Assembly (NCBI GenBank): GCA_002269645.1
Contig: NIVC01000353.1
Coordinates: 124,001 to 188,000 of the forward strand
Origin: Macrostomum lignano
Taxonomy: Eukaryota
Direction of reading: 5' to 3'
DNA: 64,000 nt
In this document: piece after piece, positions 45,952-59,700 of the stretch
Position numbering within the stretch: position 1 is the stretch's first letter
Layout: each line of letters starts with the position of its first letter
Made by a program: the position numbers and the translations under genes
Notes under the pieces: model-generated
What the model was told of the DNA's origin: nothing
The model's database searches: none
The model's input: the letters and a program-made list of their open reading frames with translations, nothing else

Positions 45952-46680
45952 AGTGTCACTCTCTTATTCATTCCCTGCTGTCACTCTCTTATTCATTCCC
46001 TGCTGTCACTCTCTTATTCATTCCCTGCTGTCACTCTCTTATTCATTCCCTGCTGTCACTCTCTTATTCATTCCCTGCTGTCACTCTCTTATTCATTCCC
46101 TGCTGTCACTCTCTTATTCATTCCCTGCTGTCACTCTCTTATTCATTCCCTGCTGTCACTCTCTTATTCATTCCCTGCTGTCACTCTCTTATTCATTCCC
46201 TGCTGTCACTCTCTTATTCATTCCCTGCTGTCACTCTCTTATTCATTCCCTGCTGTCACTCTCTTATTCATTCCCTGCTGTCACTCTCTTATTCATTCCC
46301 TGCTGTCACTCTCTTATTCATTCCCTGCTGTCACTCTCTTATTCATTCCCTGCTGTCACTCTCTTATTCATTCCCTGCTGTCACTCTCTTATTTATTCCC
46401 TGCTGTCACTCTCTTATTCATTCCCTGATGTCACTCTCTTATTCATTCCCTGCTGTCACTCTCTTATTTATTCCCTGCTGTCACTCTCTTATTTATTCCC
46501 TGCTGTCACTCTCTTATTTATTCCCTGCTGTCACTCTCTTGTTCATTCCCTGCTGTCACTCTCTTATTCATTCCCTGCTGTCACTCTCTTATTCATTCCC
46601 TGCTGTCACTCTCTTATTCATTCCCTGCTGTCACTCTCTTATTCATTCCCTGCTGTCACTCTCTTATTCATTCCCTGCTG
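45952..46680. repeat. 25-bp minisatellite (CTGTCACTCTCTTATTCATTCCCTG), ~29 copies
   Basis: Read directly; the 25-aa ORF periodicity confirms the unit. Confidence 0.96.
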
Positions 46681-47284
46681 ATTACCCGCTGTCAGTCTTA
46701 TTATTGAGCCAGTCGTAAGGTAAGTTTAAGAATTTAGGGTCAGGCAGTTCTGTATTTCGCCAAGAAATTAAATTTAAGAAGCTTTAAACAGAAAAAGATA
46801 TTTATAGATGAATTGAAATTTCGCTTACCGAAATAGAAGCTGCATTCACAGACACCGAATTACTGTTTTATAGCAAATCAGTAATATCAGGGCGATTTGC
46901 GAGTATATATTTTTGTAAGAGGCCAACGCTCTTAATATGTATTATTAATAAAGACAAGCTTTCAGCAAAAACACGGAAAACAATATTAACCTACTCGACT
47001 CGCTACTTCAAGTAAAACAGTACAGATTAAAGGTAACTGAAGCCCAAAAATACGACACAAAAAGCCGACAATCGGAAGTGACAAACAATATCGATCAGAT
47101 CTCGAAACAAAACTTCGCCAAAACTAAAAATGTTTTTATAAAGGACAAAAAATTACATGGGAAATCCAGAAAGAAAACTGAAAAGTGAAGAAATATAACT
47201 GTTTTATATCATCCAACAAAAAGGGATTAATCAAGTTACCTTTAAATCTTTCCCAAGTGGCACCGCTACCCCATAAGCTCCTTT

Positions 47285-47551
47285 AGGAGTGCTACCCCAT
47301 CAGTTATTCAGGAGTGACACCCCATCAGTTATTCAGGAGTGCTACCCCATCAGTTATTCAGGAGTGCTACACCATCAGTTATTCAGGAGTGCTACACCAT
47401 CAGTTATTCAGGAGTGCTACCCCATCAGTTATTCAGGAGTGACACCCCATCAGTTATTCAGGAGTGACACCCCATCAGTTATTCAGGAGTGACACCCCAT
47501 CAGTTATTCAGGAGTGACACCCCATCAGTTATTTAGGAGTGACACCCCATC
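47285..47551. repeat. 25-bp minisatellite (GGAGTGCTACCCCATCAGTTATTCA), ~10 copies
   Basis: Read directly. Confidence 0.93.
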
Positions 47552-47830
47552 TGATAATTCTATAATTATAAAGAAAAACACGGACAAAAAAGCAATACTG
47601 ACGCACACACAACAGCGTTTACAAGCTCCCAAATCACAATTATACTACTGTAACGCTTAATAAATATTAATATATTTAGTATTAGGAATAATATGTGTAT
47701 AAGCGTGTTTTGTCATCCAGTAGTTAATAATGATATAAGGGGGAAATTAACGCAAAAATACTATTCCTACTACTAAACCCCAATCAGATTTGCAGTAGTA
47801 TGTATGTATATGTCAAACAAAAAATCAATC

Positions 47831-49438
47831 TTAGTTATTATTCCCATCTTTATTATTACTCGAACCCACGGTAGATTCCCCGGAGGAATTAGCAGAACCG
47901 GAACCAGCCGAAGCGACAATAGGCGGCGGCGCTGGAGGGCCTCTGGCCCTGGCCAGCCTAGGATTGATGCTCATCCTCAGAGTGCGCATAGCCATTGCCC
48001 GATTGAAATGTCGCTGAGTTTTCATTACTTCTCCGTAAGCGTCCAGGTTGGCCTCCGTGGTGGTGAGCAGTCCGGCTAGAACGCACAGCACCAGGAATGC
48101 GATGATGGTCAGGGTGTACACCTGGCGGGATTTCACGCGGATTTGTGAGGAATATTTTTGTCTAAGTGCGCTATGCTAATTATTCAAGCTTTAAGGATAA
48201 CGAAGGTCAAAGGCTCAAGTCTAAGGACATTAAAGGCCACAGGGTTAAGCTTAAGGATATCAAAAGGTCACAAGGTCAAGCCTAATTATATCAAAGGTCA
48301 AGGGGTCGAGCTTAAGTATTTCAAAGGTCACATGGTCATGCCTAAGGACATCAAAGGTCACAGGGTCAAGCTAAGCCTAAGGACATCAAAGGTCACAGGG
48401 TCGAGCCAAGCCTAAGGACATCAAAGGTCACAGGGTCAAGCCAAGCCTAAGGACATCAAAGGTCACAGGGTCAAGCCAAGCCTAAGGACATCAAAGGTCA
48501 AAACGTCACCAAGAAAATAAAAAACCGGCGACTCTTACAGTCAAAGACGACTGGCCAGCTGGCTCCAGCAGGCGCAGCTGGGCCTGAGCCGGTTTAAACT
48601 CCGGTTTCAACGAGACCGCCTGTCTAAGATGGTGAGCAGCCTCGGCCGAGTGTCCGGCGGCGCGCAATATTTCGCCCAGAGTGAAATGCTGCAGCCAGGC
48701 GTTCCTATTGGCCGGTTGAGTCTCCAAGGAGCGGCGAGCCAAATAGGCCGCGTCCTCCAAGTAGCGGTGATTGAACAGCACCCTGGCCAGGTTCAGCAGT
48801 ACATCGGCGTTGTTAGGGCTGACAGACAGGGCTTTGCGAAAGCATTCCACTGCGCTTAGGGTCCGGCCGTGGTAGCGCAGCAGGTTGCCGGCTTGGTTGA
48901 GAGCGTGGGCGGATTTCGGCGAGGCGCGTAGGCGCTCGGAGACGGCGCGAGCCACGTCGCGTTCGGTAGGGCGCGGCTTGCCAGGCTGTACGAATATGGA
49001 GAACACCTGGGTAGGGATTGGTGGGTGGTGGAGGCGCCGAGTTCGAGCTTGAAGGCATTGCTTATGTAACTATGGATATTCTAGTTCAACAAACACTTGA
49101 TTTCCGATTTCACACTACTAATAGTAGTATTAGTAGTAGTTCCAATTAATACTAATATTAACAGGGGGTTGTAGCCTAGTGATTCAAGCGTCGGACTCAC
49201 GACTGAAAGGTCAGGGTTCGATGCTTGACCTACTTGGAAAAATTTGTCTTTAAGCAAAGCATTAGATGGGGTAATTAAGGGTGTGTGTGGCGACCTTGGA
49301 CTGAACAGCCATACGCAGTCTTCAGATGCGCCGCGCAATAGCTGCGGCTGAGCTGTCGGTTGCACATCTGCCCATTAGTGCAGGTGTAATCAATTATTTT
49401 AATTATAATAGTTATTAATATTATTACTAATAGTACTA

Positions 49439-49486
<48 letters not shown>

Positions 49487-50474
49487 AAGTAGTAGTAGTA
49501 GTAGTAGCAGCAGAAGTAGTAGTAGTAGCTGTAGTAGTATAGAAGTAGACTACGATAAAGAAAAGTTTTTATGCGTTCTAAAAATCGCACTGTGATAATA
49601 CTATCCAAATATTGAGTTGGGATTTACTATGCACTAATAGGGTGGCAGATCCTAAGCAACCATAACCCTAAATCATGTGATGCCATCAGAGAAAACCGGC
49701 AACTCAAACCTGCGGTTCAGCCTGAGCTGGCAAACTGATTCGCGCTGCGATGCCTCTTAAATGATCATACTGGGTGGCATTGGCAAACGGCCGACAGTTC
49801 ACTGGGTCGTCTGTGGCCGAGCCGCTGCCCAGGCTTGACGCTGACGAGGACGAAGCAGCGGCAGCAGCGGCGGCGGCTGCGGCAGCGGCGGCAGCAGCTT
49901 CAATAGCATCCTCAGCGGCCAGCACAGACCACTCGCCGGTGTCTGACACCAGACGGGGCCTGCTGAGAATCGACATCACCAAATCGCTGTCGTCGCCATT
50001 GTTGTCATCGACAAACCTTTCGCCGCCGCCGACGCTACCAGTGATTGATGACGAACTGGTTGAAGATGAATTGAACAGCATTGGAGTTACCCGGCTGTCA
50101 ATCAGTTTCCAATGACTGTGCTGATGGTGATAGCCGCCTGTACCAATACCTGTGATGGCGTCTGCGAATGCAGATTCACCTGCGCGGTCAAGGTGTTGAG
50201 GATAATAAGAGATGTCAGTGTTTAACCAGTCGCCTGGCAGAGCCATAGGCTGATCGGCCTGCTGATGCAGCTGGTGCCCATCAAGCAGTGGACTGTGCGC
50301 TTTTGTTAATAACAAACTGGAGCTCAGCAGTGTTATCAGGCACAATAGGCGACACAAACCAATGTCTGTGCTGATTGAATATCGCCTTCGATGATGATAA
50401 TAATACTGCTGATGGTGAATCCGATGCGGCAGTAGTATTGTCAGTAGTATGCGTAGCAGCATAGTTTTAGTCAT
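47831..50474 (-). CDS. TPR-containing predicted type I membrane protein, ~507 aa (weakly TTC17-like)
   Basis: Exons (-): 50474-49710, 49006-48539, 48121-47831, all phase 0. Features: hydrophobic leader (LLCLITLLSSSLLLTKA), HWKL and QYDHLRGIAAR motifs, about 3 TPRs (ALNQAGNLLRYHG...AVECFRKALSVSPNNADVLLNLARVL...FTLGEILRAAG..AEA..HLRQAVSLKP), one TM (TLTIIAFLVLCVLAGLL), and a cytoplasmic tail. Confidence 0.82.
48180..48500. repeat. Degenerate ~35-bp minisatellite (CCTAAGGACATCAAAGGTCACAGGGTCAAGCCAAG) in TPR-gene intron 2
   Basis: Read directly. Confidence 0.88.
49169..49395 (+). mobile_element. tRNA-derived SINE, copy 2 (central segment deleted), followed by a (TAG)n microsatellite at 49436-49545
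   Basis: Head GTAGCCTAG...GACTGAAAG...GGGTTCGAT and 3' tail are homologous to 5640-5925; the CACCCAGCTGTAAAATGG segment is missing. Confidence 0.75.
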
Positions 50475-51647
50475 GAGATTGAATAGTCATTATATTTCTT
50501 CATTTGACTGAATGCAGATAGTTTTAATGTTCTTACATAAGAAATTTTAAGTACTTAACGTTATCCTTAATAATTTTTTCTTAGCTGATTAATTGAAGTA
50601 GCTTGTATCATAGATATATTATAATGATGACATTAAGATTGGTAGTAACTGGCACTAAGATTGATCTATATAAAAATGACATTCAATTTTTTTTTGTATC
50701 TCATTTGCTTCCAAACTAATAAGCCTATAAGCTCTAACATTTTCTTTTTTGGCCATATAGAAAATTTCCTGTTTAATCTTACTTGAATTTCATTTAACTT
50801 GTTTTGCATGGAAGTATTATTTTATTTATAGTGGTTCCTAAAGAATTCATACTCCAAAATTCAAATAAGAATGGATAAAGATTATAATAAAAATGCTATT
50901 TTTAATGGGGGGGGGCAATAAAAGGCTGTAAGTACAGCAGATTCAAGGACAGGGGTGCCTTAAATTCACTGGCACCTTTTCCTGCTTGTTGCTAGAGAAT
51001 CATAAAGACTCTTATGACAAATATAAGCTTTAATAACTGTTCAATCCTATATACTAACAATGGTCTGTCTGTGTCTATGTGATCGATTAGAGAAAAAATG
51101 GCTGGACCGATTTTGTTCGAACTTGCACTGTTCGATCAGAAATTTTCCCGTGACTGTACATGTATCGTGGCTAAGAAATTGCTCGATGCTAAAGGCATTA
51201 AATATTCGAAAAACATGCTTTTTTGCAAAGGTCAAGCAGCTCTTTCGACTTGAAATGCATTGTAAGAATGCTAGAGAACAAACTGACTGGTTGAATTCTG
51301 ATTCTGAAATAGATTGCATCATAACTGAATTGTAACTCCGACTTGAATTGAAAATGCAGTGTGGAAGCGTAGCACCAGAATTGCGTAACCATATTATTAA
51401 CTGATACTGACTGACTGAGAAACTGATTATGTCATAACTGCTTCGTGTGATTTACTCTATGCTTGGATTTTCAAGTGTTGAATTATATAAGTGCAAAATT
51501 TAATGTTATCAAAACGATGAGAGCTAGCCTAGAGGTGAACAAACTGAACTGCTAAATGCAGAGACGATGGTTCGAATTTTCATAGAGTATAATTTTTTTA
51601 ATTAAAGCTTTTCAACGTCAGGAAAACTAAAATACTTTTAAAAAAGA

Positions 51648-54600
51648 ATCGTCATGTAAAAATCATAGAAGCGTCATGTAAAAAATCATAGAAGCGTCAT
51701 GTAAACAATCATAGAAGTGTCATGTAAAAAAATCATAGAAGCGTCATGTAAACAATCATAGAAGCGTCATGTAAAAATCATAGAAGCGTCATGTAAACAA
51801 TCATAGAAGCGTCATGTGAAAATCATAAAAGCGTCACGTAAAGAATCATAGAAGCGTCATGTAAACAATCATAGAAGCGTCATGTAAAAAAATCATAGAA
51901 GCGTCACGTAAACAATCATAGAAGCGTCATGTAAAAATCATAGAAGCGTCATGTAAACAATCATAGAAGCGTCATGTAAACAATCATAGAAGCGTCATGT
52001 AAACAATCATAGAAGCGTCATGTAAACAATCATAGAAGCGTCATGTAAAAAATCATAGAAGCGTCTTGTAAACAATCATACAAGCGTCATGTAAAAATCA
52101 TAGAAGCGTCATGTAAACAATCATAGAAGCGTCATGTAAACAATCATAGAAGCGTCATGTAAAAAATCATAGAAGCGTCATGTAAACAATCATAGAAGCG
52201 TCATTTAAAAATCATAGAAGCGTCATGTAAAAAATCATACAAGCGTCATTTAAAAATCATAGAAGCGTCATGTAAAAATCATTGAAGCGTCATATAAACA
52301 ATCATAGAAGCGTCATGTAAAAATCTTAAAAGCGTCATGTAAAAAATCATAGAAGCGTCATGTAAAAAATCATAGAAGCGTCATGTAAAAAATCATAGAA
52401 GCGTCATGTAAAAAATCGTAGAAGCGTCATATAAAAATCATAGAAGCGTCATGTAAACAATCATAGAAGCGTCATGTAAACAATCATAGAAGCGTCATGT
52501 AAAAAATCATAGAAGCGTCATGTAAAGAATCGTAGAAGCGTCATGTAAAAAATCATAGAAGCGTCATGTAAAAATCATAGAAGCGTCATGTAAAAAATCG
52601 TAGAAGCGTCATATAAAAATCATAGAAGCGTCATTTAAAAAATCATAGAAGCGTCATGTAAAAATCATAGAAGCGTCATGTAAACAATCATAGAAGCGTC
52701 ATGTGAAAATCATAAAAGCGTCACGTAAAGAATCATAGAAGCGTCATGTAAACAATCATAGAAGCGTCATGTAAACAATCATAGAAGCGTCATGTAAACA
52801 ATCATAGAAGCGTCATGTAAAAAATCATAGAAGCGTCTTGTAAACAATCATACAAGCGTCATGTAAAAATCATAGAAGCGTCATGTGAAAATCATAAAAG
52901 CGTCACGTAAAGAATCATAGAAGCGTCATGTAAACAATCATAGAAGCGTCATGTAAAAAATCATAGAAGCGTCACGTAAACAATCATAGAAGCGTCATGT
53001 AAAAATCATAGAAGCGTCATGTAAACAATCATAGAAGCGTCATGTAAACAATCATAGAAGCGTCATGTAAACAATCATAGAAGCGTCATGTAAACAATCA
53101 TAGAAGCGTCATGTAAAAAATCATAGAAGCGTCACGTAAACAATCATAGAAGCGTCATGTGAAAATCATAAAAGCGTCACGTAAAGAATCATAGAAGCGT
53201 CATGTAAACAATCATAGAAGCGTCATGTAAACAATCATAGAAGCGTCATGTAAACAATCATAGAAGCGTCATGTAAAAAATCATAGAAGCGTCTTGTAAA
53301 CAATCATACAAGCGTCATGTAAAAATCATAGAAGCGTCATGTGAAAATCATAAAAGCGTCACGTAAAGAATCATAGAAGCGTCATGTAAACAATCATAGA
53401 AGCGTCATGTAAAAAAATCATAGAAGCGTCACGTAAACAATCATAGAAGCGTCATGTAAAAATCATAGAAGCGTCATGTAAACAATCATAGAAGCGTCAT
53501 GTAAACAATCATAGAAGCGTCATGTAAACAATCATAGAAGCGTCATGTAAACAATCATAGAAGCGTCATGTAAAAATCATAGAAGCGTCTTGTAAACAAT
53601 CATACAAGCGTCATGTAAAAATCTTAGAAGCGTCATGTAAACAATCATAGAAGCGTCATGTAAACAATCATAGAAGCGTCATGTAAAAAATCATAGAAGC
53701 GTCATGTAAACAATCATAGAAGCGTCATTTAAAAATCATAGAAGCGTCATGTAAAAAATCATACAAGCGTCATTTAAAAATCATAGAAGCGTCATGTAAA
53801 AATCATTGAAGCGTCATATAAACAATCATAGAAGCGTCATGTAAAAATCTTAAAAGCGTCATGTAAAAAATCATAGAAGCGTCATGTAAAAAATCATAGA
53901 AGCGTCATGTAAAAAATCATAGAAGCGTCATGTAAAAAATCGTAGAAGCGTCATATAAAAATCATAGAAGCGTCATGTAAACAATCATAGAAGCGTCATG
54001 TAAACAATCATAGAAGCGTCATGTAAAAATCATAGAAGCGTCATGTAAAGAATCGTAGAAGCGTCATGTAAAAAATCATAGAAGCGTCATGTAAAAATCA
54101 TAGAAGCGTCATGTAAAAAATCGTAGAAGCGTCATATAAAAATCATAGAAGCGTCATTTAAAAAATCATAGAAGCGTCATGTAAAAATCATAGAAGCGTC
54201 ATGTAAACAATCATAGAAGCGTCATGTGAAAATCATAAAGCGTCACGTAAAAATCATAGAAGCGTCATGTAAACAATCATAGAAGCGTCATGTAAACAAT
54301 CATAGAAGCGTCATGTAAACAATCATAGAAGCGTCATGTAAAAAATCATAGAAGCGTCATGTAAACAATCATAGAAGCGTCATGTAAAAATCATAGAAGC
54401 GTCATGTAAACAATCATAGAAGCGTCATGTAAACAATCATAGAAGCGTCATGTAAAAAATCATAGAAGCGTCATGTAAACAATCATAGAAGCGTCATTAA
54501 AAATCATAGAAGCGTCATGTAAAAAATCATACAAGCGTCATTAAAAATCATAGAAGCGTCATGTAAAAATCATTGAAGCGTCATATAAACAATCATAGAA

Positions 54601-57600
54601 GCGTCATGTAAAAATCATAAAGCGTCATGTAAAAAATCATAGAAGCGTCATGTAAAAATCATAGAAGCGTCATGTAAACAATCATAGAAGCGTCATGTAA
54701 AAAATCATAGAAGCGTCATATAAAAATCATAGAAGCGTCATGTAAACAATCATAGAAGCGTCATGTAAACAATCATAGAAGCGTCATGTAAAAAATCATA
54801 GAAGCGTCATGTAAAAATCATAGAAGCGTCATGTAAAAAATCATAGAAGCGTCATGTAAAAAATCATAGAAGCGTCATGTAAAAAATCATAGAAGCGTCA
54901 TATAAAAATCATAGAAGCGTCATTAAAAAATCATAAAGCGTCATGTAAAAAATCATAGAAGCGTCATGTAAAAATCATAGAAGCGTCATTAAAAATCATA
55001 GAAGCGTCATGTAAAAAATCGTAGAAGCGTCATATAAAAATCATAGAAGCGTCATTAAAAAATCATAAAGCGTCATGTAAAAAATCATAGAAGCGTCATT
55101 GTAAACAATCATAGAAGCGTCATGTAAAAATCATAGAAGCGTCATGTAAACAATCATAGAAGCGTCATGTAAACAATCATAGAAGCGTCATGTAAACAAT
55201 CATAGAAGTGTCATGTAAAAAATCATAGAAGCGTCATGTAAACAATCATAGAAGCGTCATGTAAAAATCATAGAAGCGTCATGTAAACAATCATAGAAGC
55301 GTCATGTAAAATCATAAAGCGTCACGTAAAAATCATAGAAGCGTCATGTAAACAATCATAGAAGCGTCATGTAAAAAATCATAGAAGCGTCATGTAAACA
55401 ATCATAAAGCGTCATGTAAAAATCATAGAAGCGTCATGTAAACAATCATAGAAGCGTCATGTAAACAATCATAGAAGCGTCATGTAAACAATCATAGAAG
55501 CGTCATGTAAAAAATCATAGAAGCGTCATGTAAACAATCATAGAAGCGTCATGTAAAAATCATAGAAGCGTCATGTAAAAAATCATAGAAGCGTCATGTA
55601 AACAATCATAGAAGCGTCATGTAAACAATCATAGAAGCGTCATGTAAAAAATCATAGAAGCGTCATGTAAACAATCATAGAAGCGTCATGTAAAAATCAT
55701 AGAAGCGTCATGTAAACAATCATAGAAGCGTCATGTAAAAAATCATAAAAGCGTCATGTAAAGAATCATAGAAGCGTCATGTAAACAATCATAAAAGCGT
55801 CATGTAAAAAAATCATAGAAGCGTCACGTAAACAATCATAAAAGCGTCATGTAAAAATCATAGAAGCGTCATGTAAACAATCATAGAAGCGTCATGTAAA
55901 CAATCATAGAAGCGTCATGTAAAAAATCATAGAAGCGTCATGTAAACAATCATAGAAGCGTCATGTAAACAATCATAAAAGCGTCATGTAAACAATCATA
56001 GAAGCGTCATGTAAAAAATCATAGAAGCGTCATGTAAACAATCATAGAAGCGTCATGTAAAAATCATAGAAGCGTCATGTAAACAATCATAGAAGCGTCA
56101 TGTAAACAATCATAGAAGCGTCATGTAAACAATCATAGAAGCGTCATGTAAAAATCATTGAAGCGTCATATAAACAATCATAGAAGCGTCATGTAAAAAA
56201 TCATAAAGCGTCATGTAAACAATCATAGAAGCGTCATGTAAAAATCTAAAAGCGTCATGTAAAAAATCATAGAAGCGTCATGTAAAAAATCATAGAAGCG
56301 TCATGTAAACAATCATAGAAGCGTCATGTAAAAAATCATAGAAGCGTCATGTAAACAATCATAAAAGCGTCATGTAAACAATCATAGAAGCGTCATGTAA
56401 ACAATCATAGAAGCGTCATGTAAAAAATCATAGAAGCGTCATGTAAAAATCATAGAAGCGTCATGTAAAAAATCATAGAAGCGTCATGTAAAAAATCATA
56501 GAAGCGTCATGTAAAAAATCGTAGAAGCGTCATATAAAAATCATAGAAGCGTCATGTAAAAAATCATAAAGCGTCATGTAAAAAATCATAGAAGCGTCAT
56601 GTAAAGAATCGTAGAAGCGTCATATAAAAATCATAGAAGCGTCATGTAAAAAATCATAGAAGCGTCATGTAAACAATCATAGAAGCGTCATGTAAACAAT
56701 CATAAAGCGTCATGTAAACAATCATAGAAGCGTCATGTAAACAATCATAGAAGCGTCATGTAAACAATCATAGAAGCGCCATGTAAAAAAATCATAGAAG
56801 CGTCATGTAAACAATCATAGAAGCGTCATGTAAACAATCATAGAAGCGTCATGTAAAAAATCGTAGAAGCGTCATATAAAAATCATAGAAGCGTCATGTA
56901 AACAATCATAGAAGCGTCATGTAAACAATCATAGAAGCGTCATGTAAAAATCGTAGAAGCGTCATATAAAAATCATAGAAGCGTCATGTAAAAAATCATA
57001 AAAGCGTCATGTAAAAAATCATAGAAGCGTCATGTAAACAATCATAGAAGCGTCATGTAAAAATCATAGAAGCGTCATGTAAAAATCATAGAAGCGTCAT
57101 GTAAACAATCATAGAAGTGTCATGTAAACAATCATAGAAGTGTCATGTAAAAAATCATAGAAGCGTCATGTAAACAATCATAGAAGCGTCATGTAAAAAT
57201 CATAGAAGCGTCATGTAAACAATCATAGAAGCGTCATGTGAAAATCATAAAAGCGTCACGTAAAGAATCATAGAAGCGTCATGTAAAAAATCGTAGAAGC
57301 GTCATATAAAAATCATAGAAGCGTCATTTAAAAAATCATAAAAGCGTCATGTAAAAAATCATAGAAGCGTCATGTAAAAAATCATACAAGCGTCATTTAA
57401 AAATCATAGAAGCGTCATGTAAAAAATCTTAGAAGCGTCATATAAAAATCATAGAAGCGTCATTTAAAAAATCATAAAAGCGTCATGTAAAAATCATAGA
57501 AGCGTCTTGTAAACAATCATAGAAGTGTCATGTAAACAATCATAGAAGTGTCATGTAAAAATCATAGAAGCGTCATGTAAACAATCATAGAAGCGTCATG

Positions 57601-58610
57601 TAAAAATCATAGAAGCGTCATGTAAACAATCATAGAAGCGTCATGTGAAAATCATAAAAGCGTCACGTAAAGAATCATAGAAGCGTCATGTAAACAATCA
57701 TAGAAGCGTCATGTAAAAAAATCATAGAAGCGTCACGTAAACAATTATAAAAGCGTCATGTAAAAATCATAGAAGCGTCATGTAAACAATCATAGAAGCG
57801 TCATGTAAACAATCATAGAAGCGTCATGTAAACAATCATAGAAGCGTCATGTAAAAAATCATAGAAGCGTCTTGTAAACAATCATACAAGCGTCATGTAA
57901 AAATCATAGAAGCGTCATGTAAAAAATCATAGAAGCGTCATGTAAACAATCATAGAAGTGTCATGTAAACAATCATAGAAGTGTCATGTAAAAAATCATA
58001 GAAGCGTCATGTAAACAATCATAGAAGCGTCATGTAAAAATCATAGAAGCGTCATGTAAAAAATCATAGAAGCGTCATGTAAACAATCATACAAGCGTCA
58101 TGTAAAAATCATAGAAGCGTCATGTAAACAATCATAGAAGCGTCATGTAAACAATCATAGAAGCGTCATGTAAACAATCATAGAAGCGTCATGTAAACAA
58201 TCATAAAAGCATCATGTAAAAATCATTGAAGCGTCAAATAAACAATCATAGAAGCGTCATGTAAAAAATCATAGAAGCGTCATGTAAAAAAGTCATAGAA
58301 GCGTCATGTAAACAATCGTAGAAGCGTCATATAAAAATCATAGAAGCGTCATGTAAACAATCATAGAAGCGTCATGTAAAAAATCATAGAAGCGTCATGT
58401 AAACAATCATAAAAGCGTCATGTAAAAATTCATAGAAGCGTCATTTAAAAAACCATAGAAGCGTCATGTAAACAATCATAGAAGCGTCATGTAAACAATC
58501 ATAGAAGCGTCATGTAAACAATCATAGAAGCGTCATGTAAAAAATCATAGAAGCGTCATGTAAAAATCCAAAGAAGCGTCATGTCAGACATTAAAGGTGT
58601 CATGTAAAAA
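51648..58610. repeat. ~7 kb satellite array of 22-24-bp units (GTCATGTAAACAATCATAGAAGC), roughly 300 copies, with higher-order repeats
   Basis: Read directly; diagnostic variants recur at ~1525-bp and 456-bp spacings. Confidence 0.98.
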
Positions 58611-58699
58611 TTGAATGAAGCTATAGTACAGTGCTGTGCTGGGGAGAATTACTGAGACGTCAAGGCTCACAGAGAATAACTGAGATTACAGGTGGGGGG

Positions 58700-59700
58700 G
58701 GTTTCTGAGATGTCAAAGCAAAGTCAGAAGCTACTTCAAAGTTCATGTACTTTACTCAATTTTTTTATTGCATTCTTTGTTGGCTCGCCACGGGGGGGGC
58801 GCTGATAGAAGAAGAGTCATGTAAAAAATAAAAGTAGCACTATGTATACATAAAAGAAAAGTCATGTCGAAGTTAAAAGATTCATTTGGGAATTGCTACG
58901 ATGTCAAAGCTAGGTGGAAATCGTTATAGTTCTGTGATTCTTAAAGAAGGAATCACTAAAATGTCAAGGCTTAGGGGAGAAGAATTGCTGAGATTTCAAG
59001 GCTTTAGGTTGGGTTAAAGTTAGGTTTAGGTCAGGTGTGGGTTGAGGGTTAGATTTTATCGGGTTTCAAGGTTAACAGAATAACAGGGGATTTTTTAGAT
59101 TTCAAGGTTTATGGGGGCCATCGCTGACATGTTAAGGCTTACGGGGGGAATAGCTGAGATGTCAAGGCTCACGGGGTATAAATGAGATTTCAAGGCTAAA
59201 GTCAGAAGCTACATGTAGTTTATTGAAAACTTTTTATTACATTATTTGATGCCTCCTCAGGGGAGGGATCGCTGATAGAAAAAGCATAATGTAAAAAATA
59301 AAGGAAGCTTCATGTCGAAGTTAAGAGATTCATTTGGGAATCCCTACGATGTCGAGGCTTGCAGGAAATCGCTATAATGCTGTAGTAGTGCTATAATGAC
59401 TCAGAATTACTGAAATTTCAATGTTTTAGGGTTAGGTTAGGGTTAGGGTTAGGGTTAGGGTTAGGCTAGGGTTAGGGTTAGAAGGTTGACAGATATTTTT
59501 AGATTTCCAAGGCTTATTGGGGGCATTGCTGAGATGTCAAGGGGGGAAGTTGATATGTTAAAGCTTGTGGGGGGGGAGAATTACTGACATGTCAAGGCTT
59601 ACAAGGTTTGACAGGAGATTTTTTAAGATTTCAAGGATACATGTAGCTTATTAAAAAAACGTGTATTGCATTTCTTTGGCTCCCCAACGGGGGGCGTAGA
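58700..59700. repeat. Diverged ~480-bp tandem duplication (2 copies plus a partial third) containing an interstitial (TTAGGG)n tract at 59426-59481
   Basis: Shared blocks AAAGTCAGAAGCTAC, CGCTGATAGAA, CATGTCGAAGTTAA.AGATTCATTTGGGAAT and CTACGATGTC occur at 58700-59180 and 59183-59650. Confidence 0.8.

Noticed and set aside
45952-46680. CRISPR-like appearance of the 17-25-bp arrays (here and at 849, 11098, 47285, 51648)
   Set aside because: The units are head-to-tail with no unique spacers, there are no cas genes, and the context is eukaryotic.
59426-59481. True chromosome end
   Set aside because: There are only ~9 imperfect TTAGGG units, with over 4 kb of ordinary sequence beyond.
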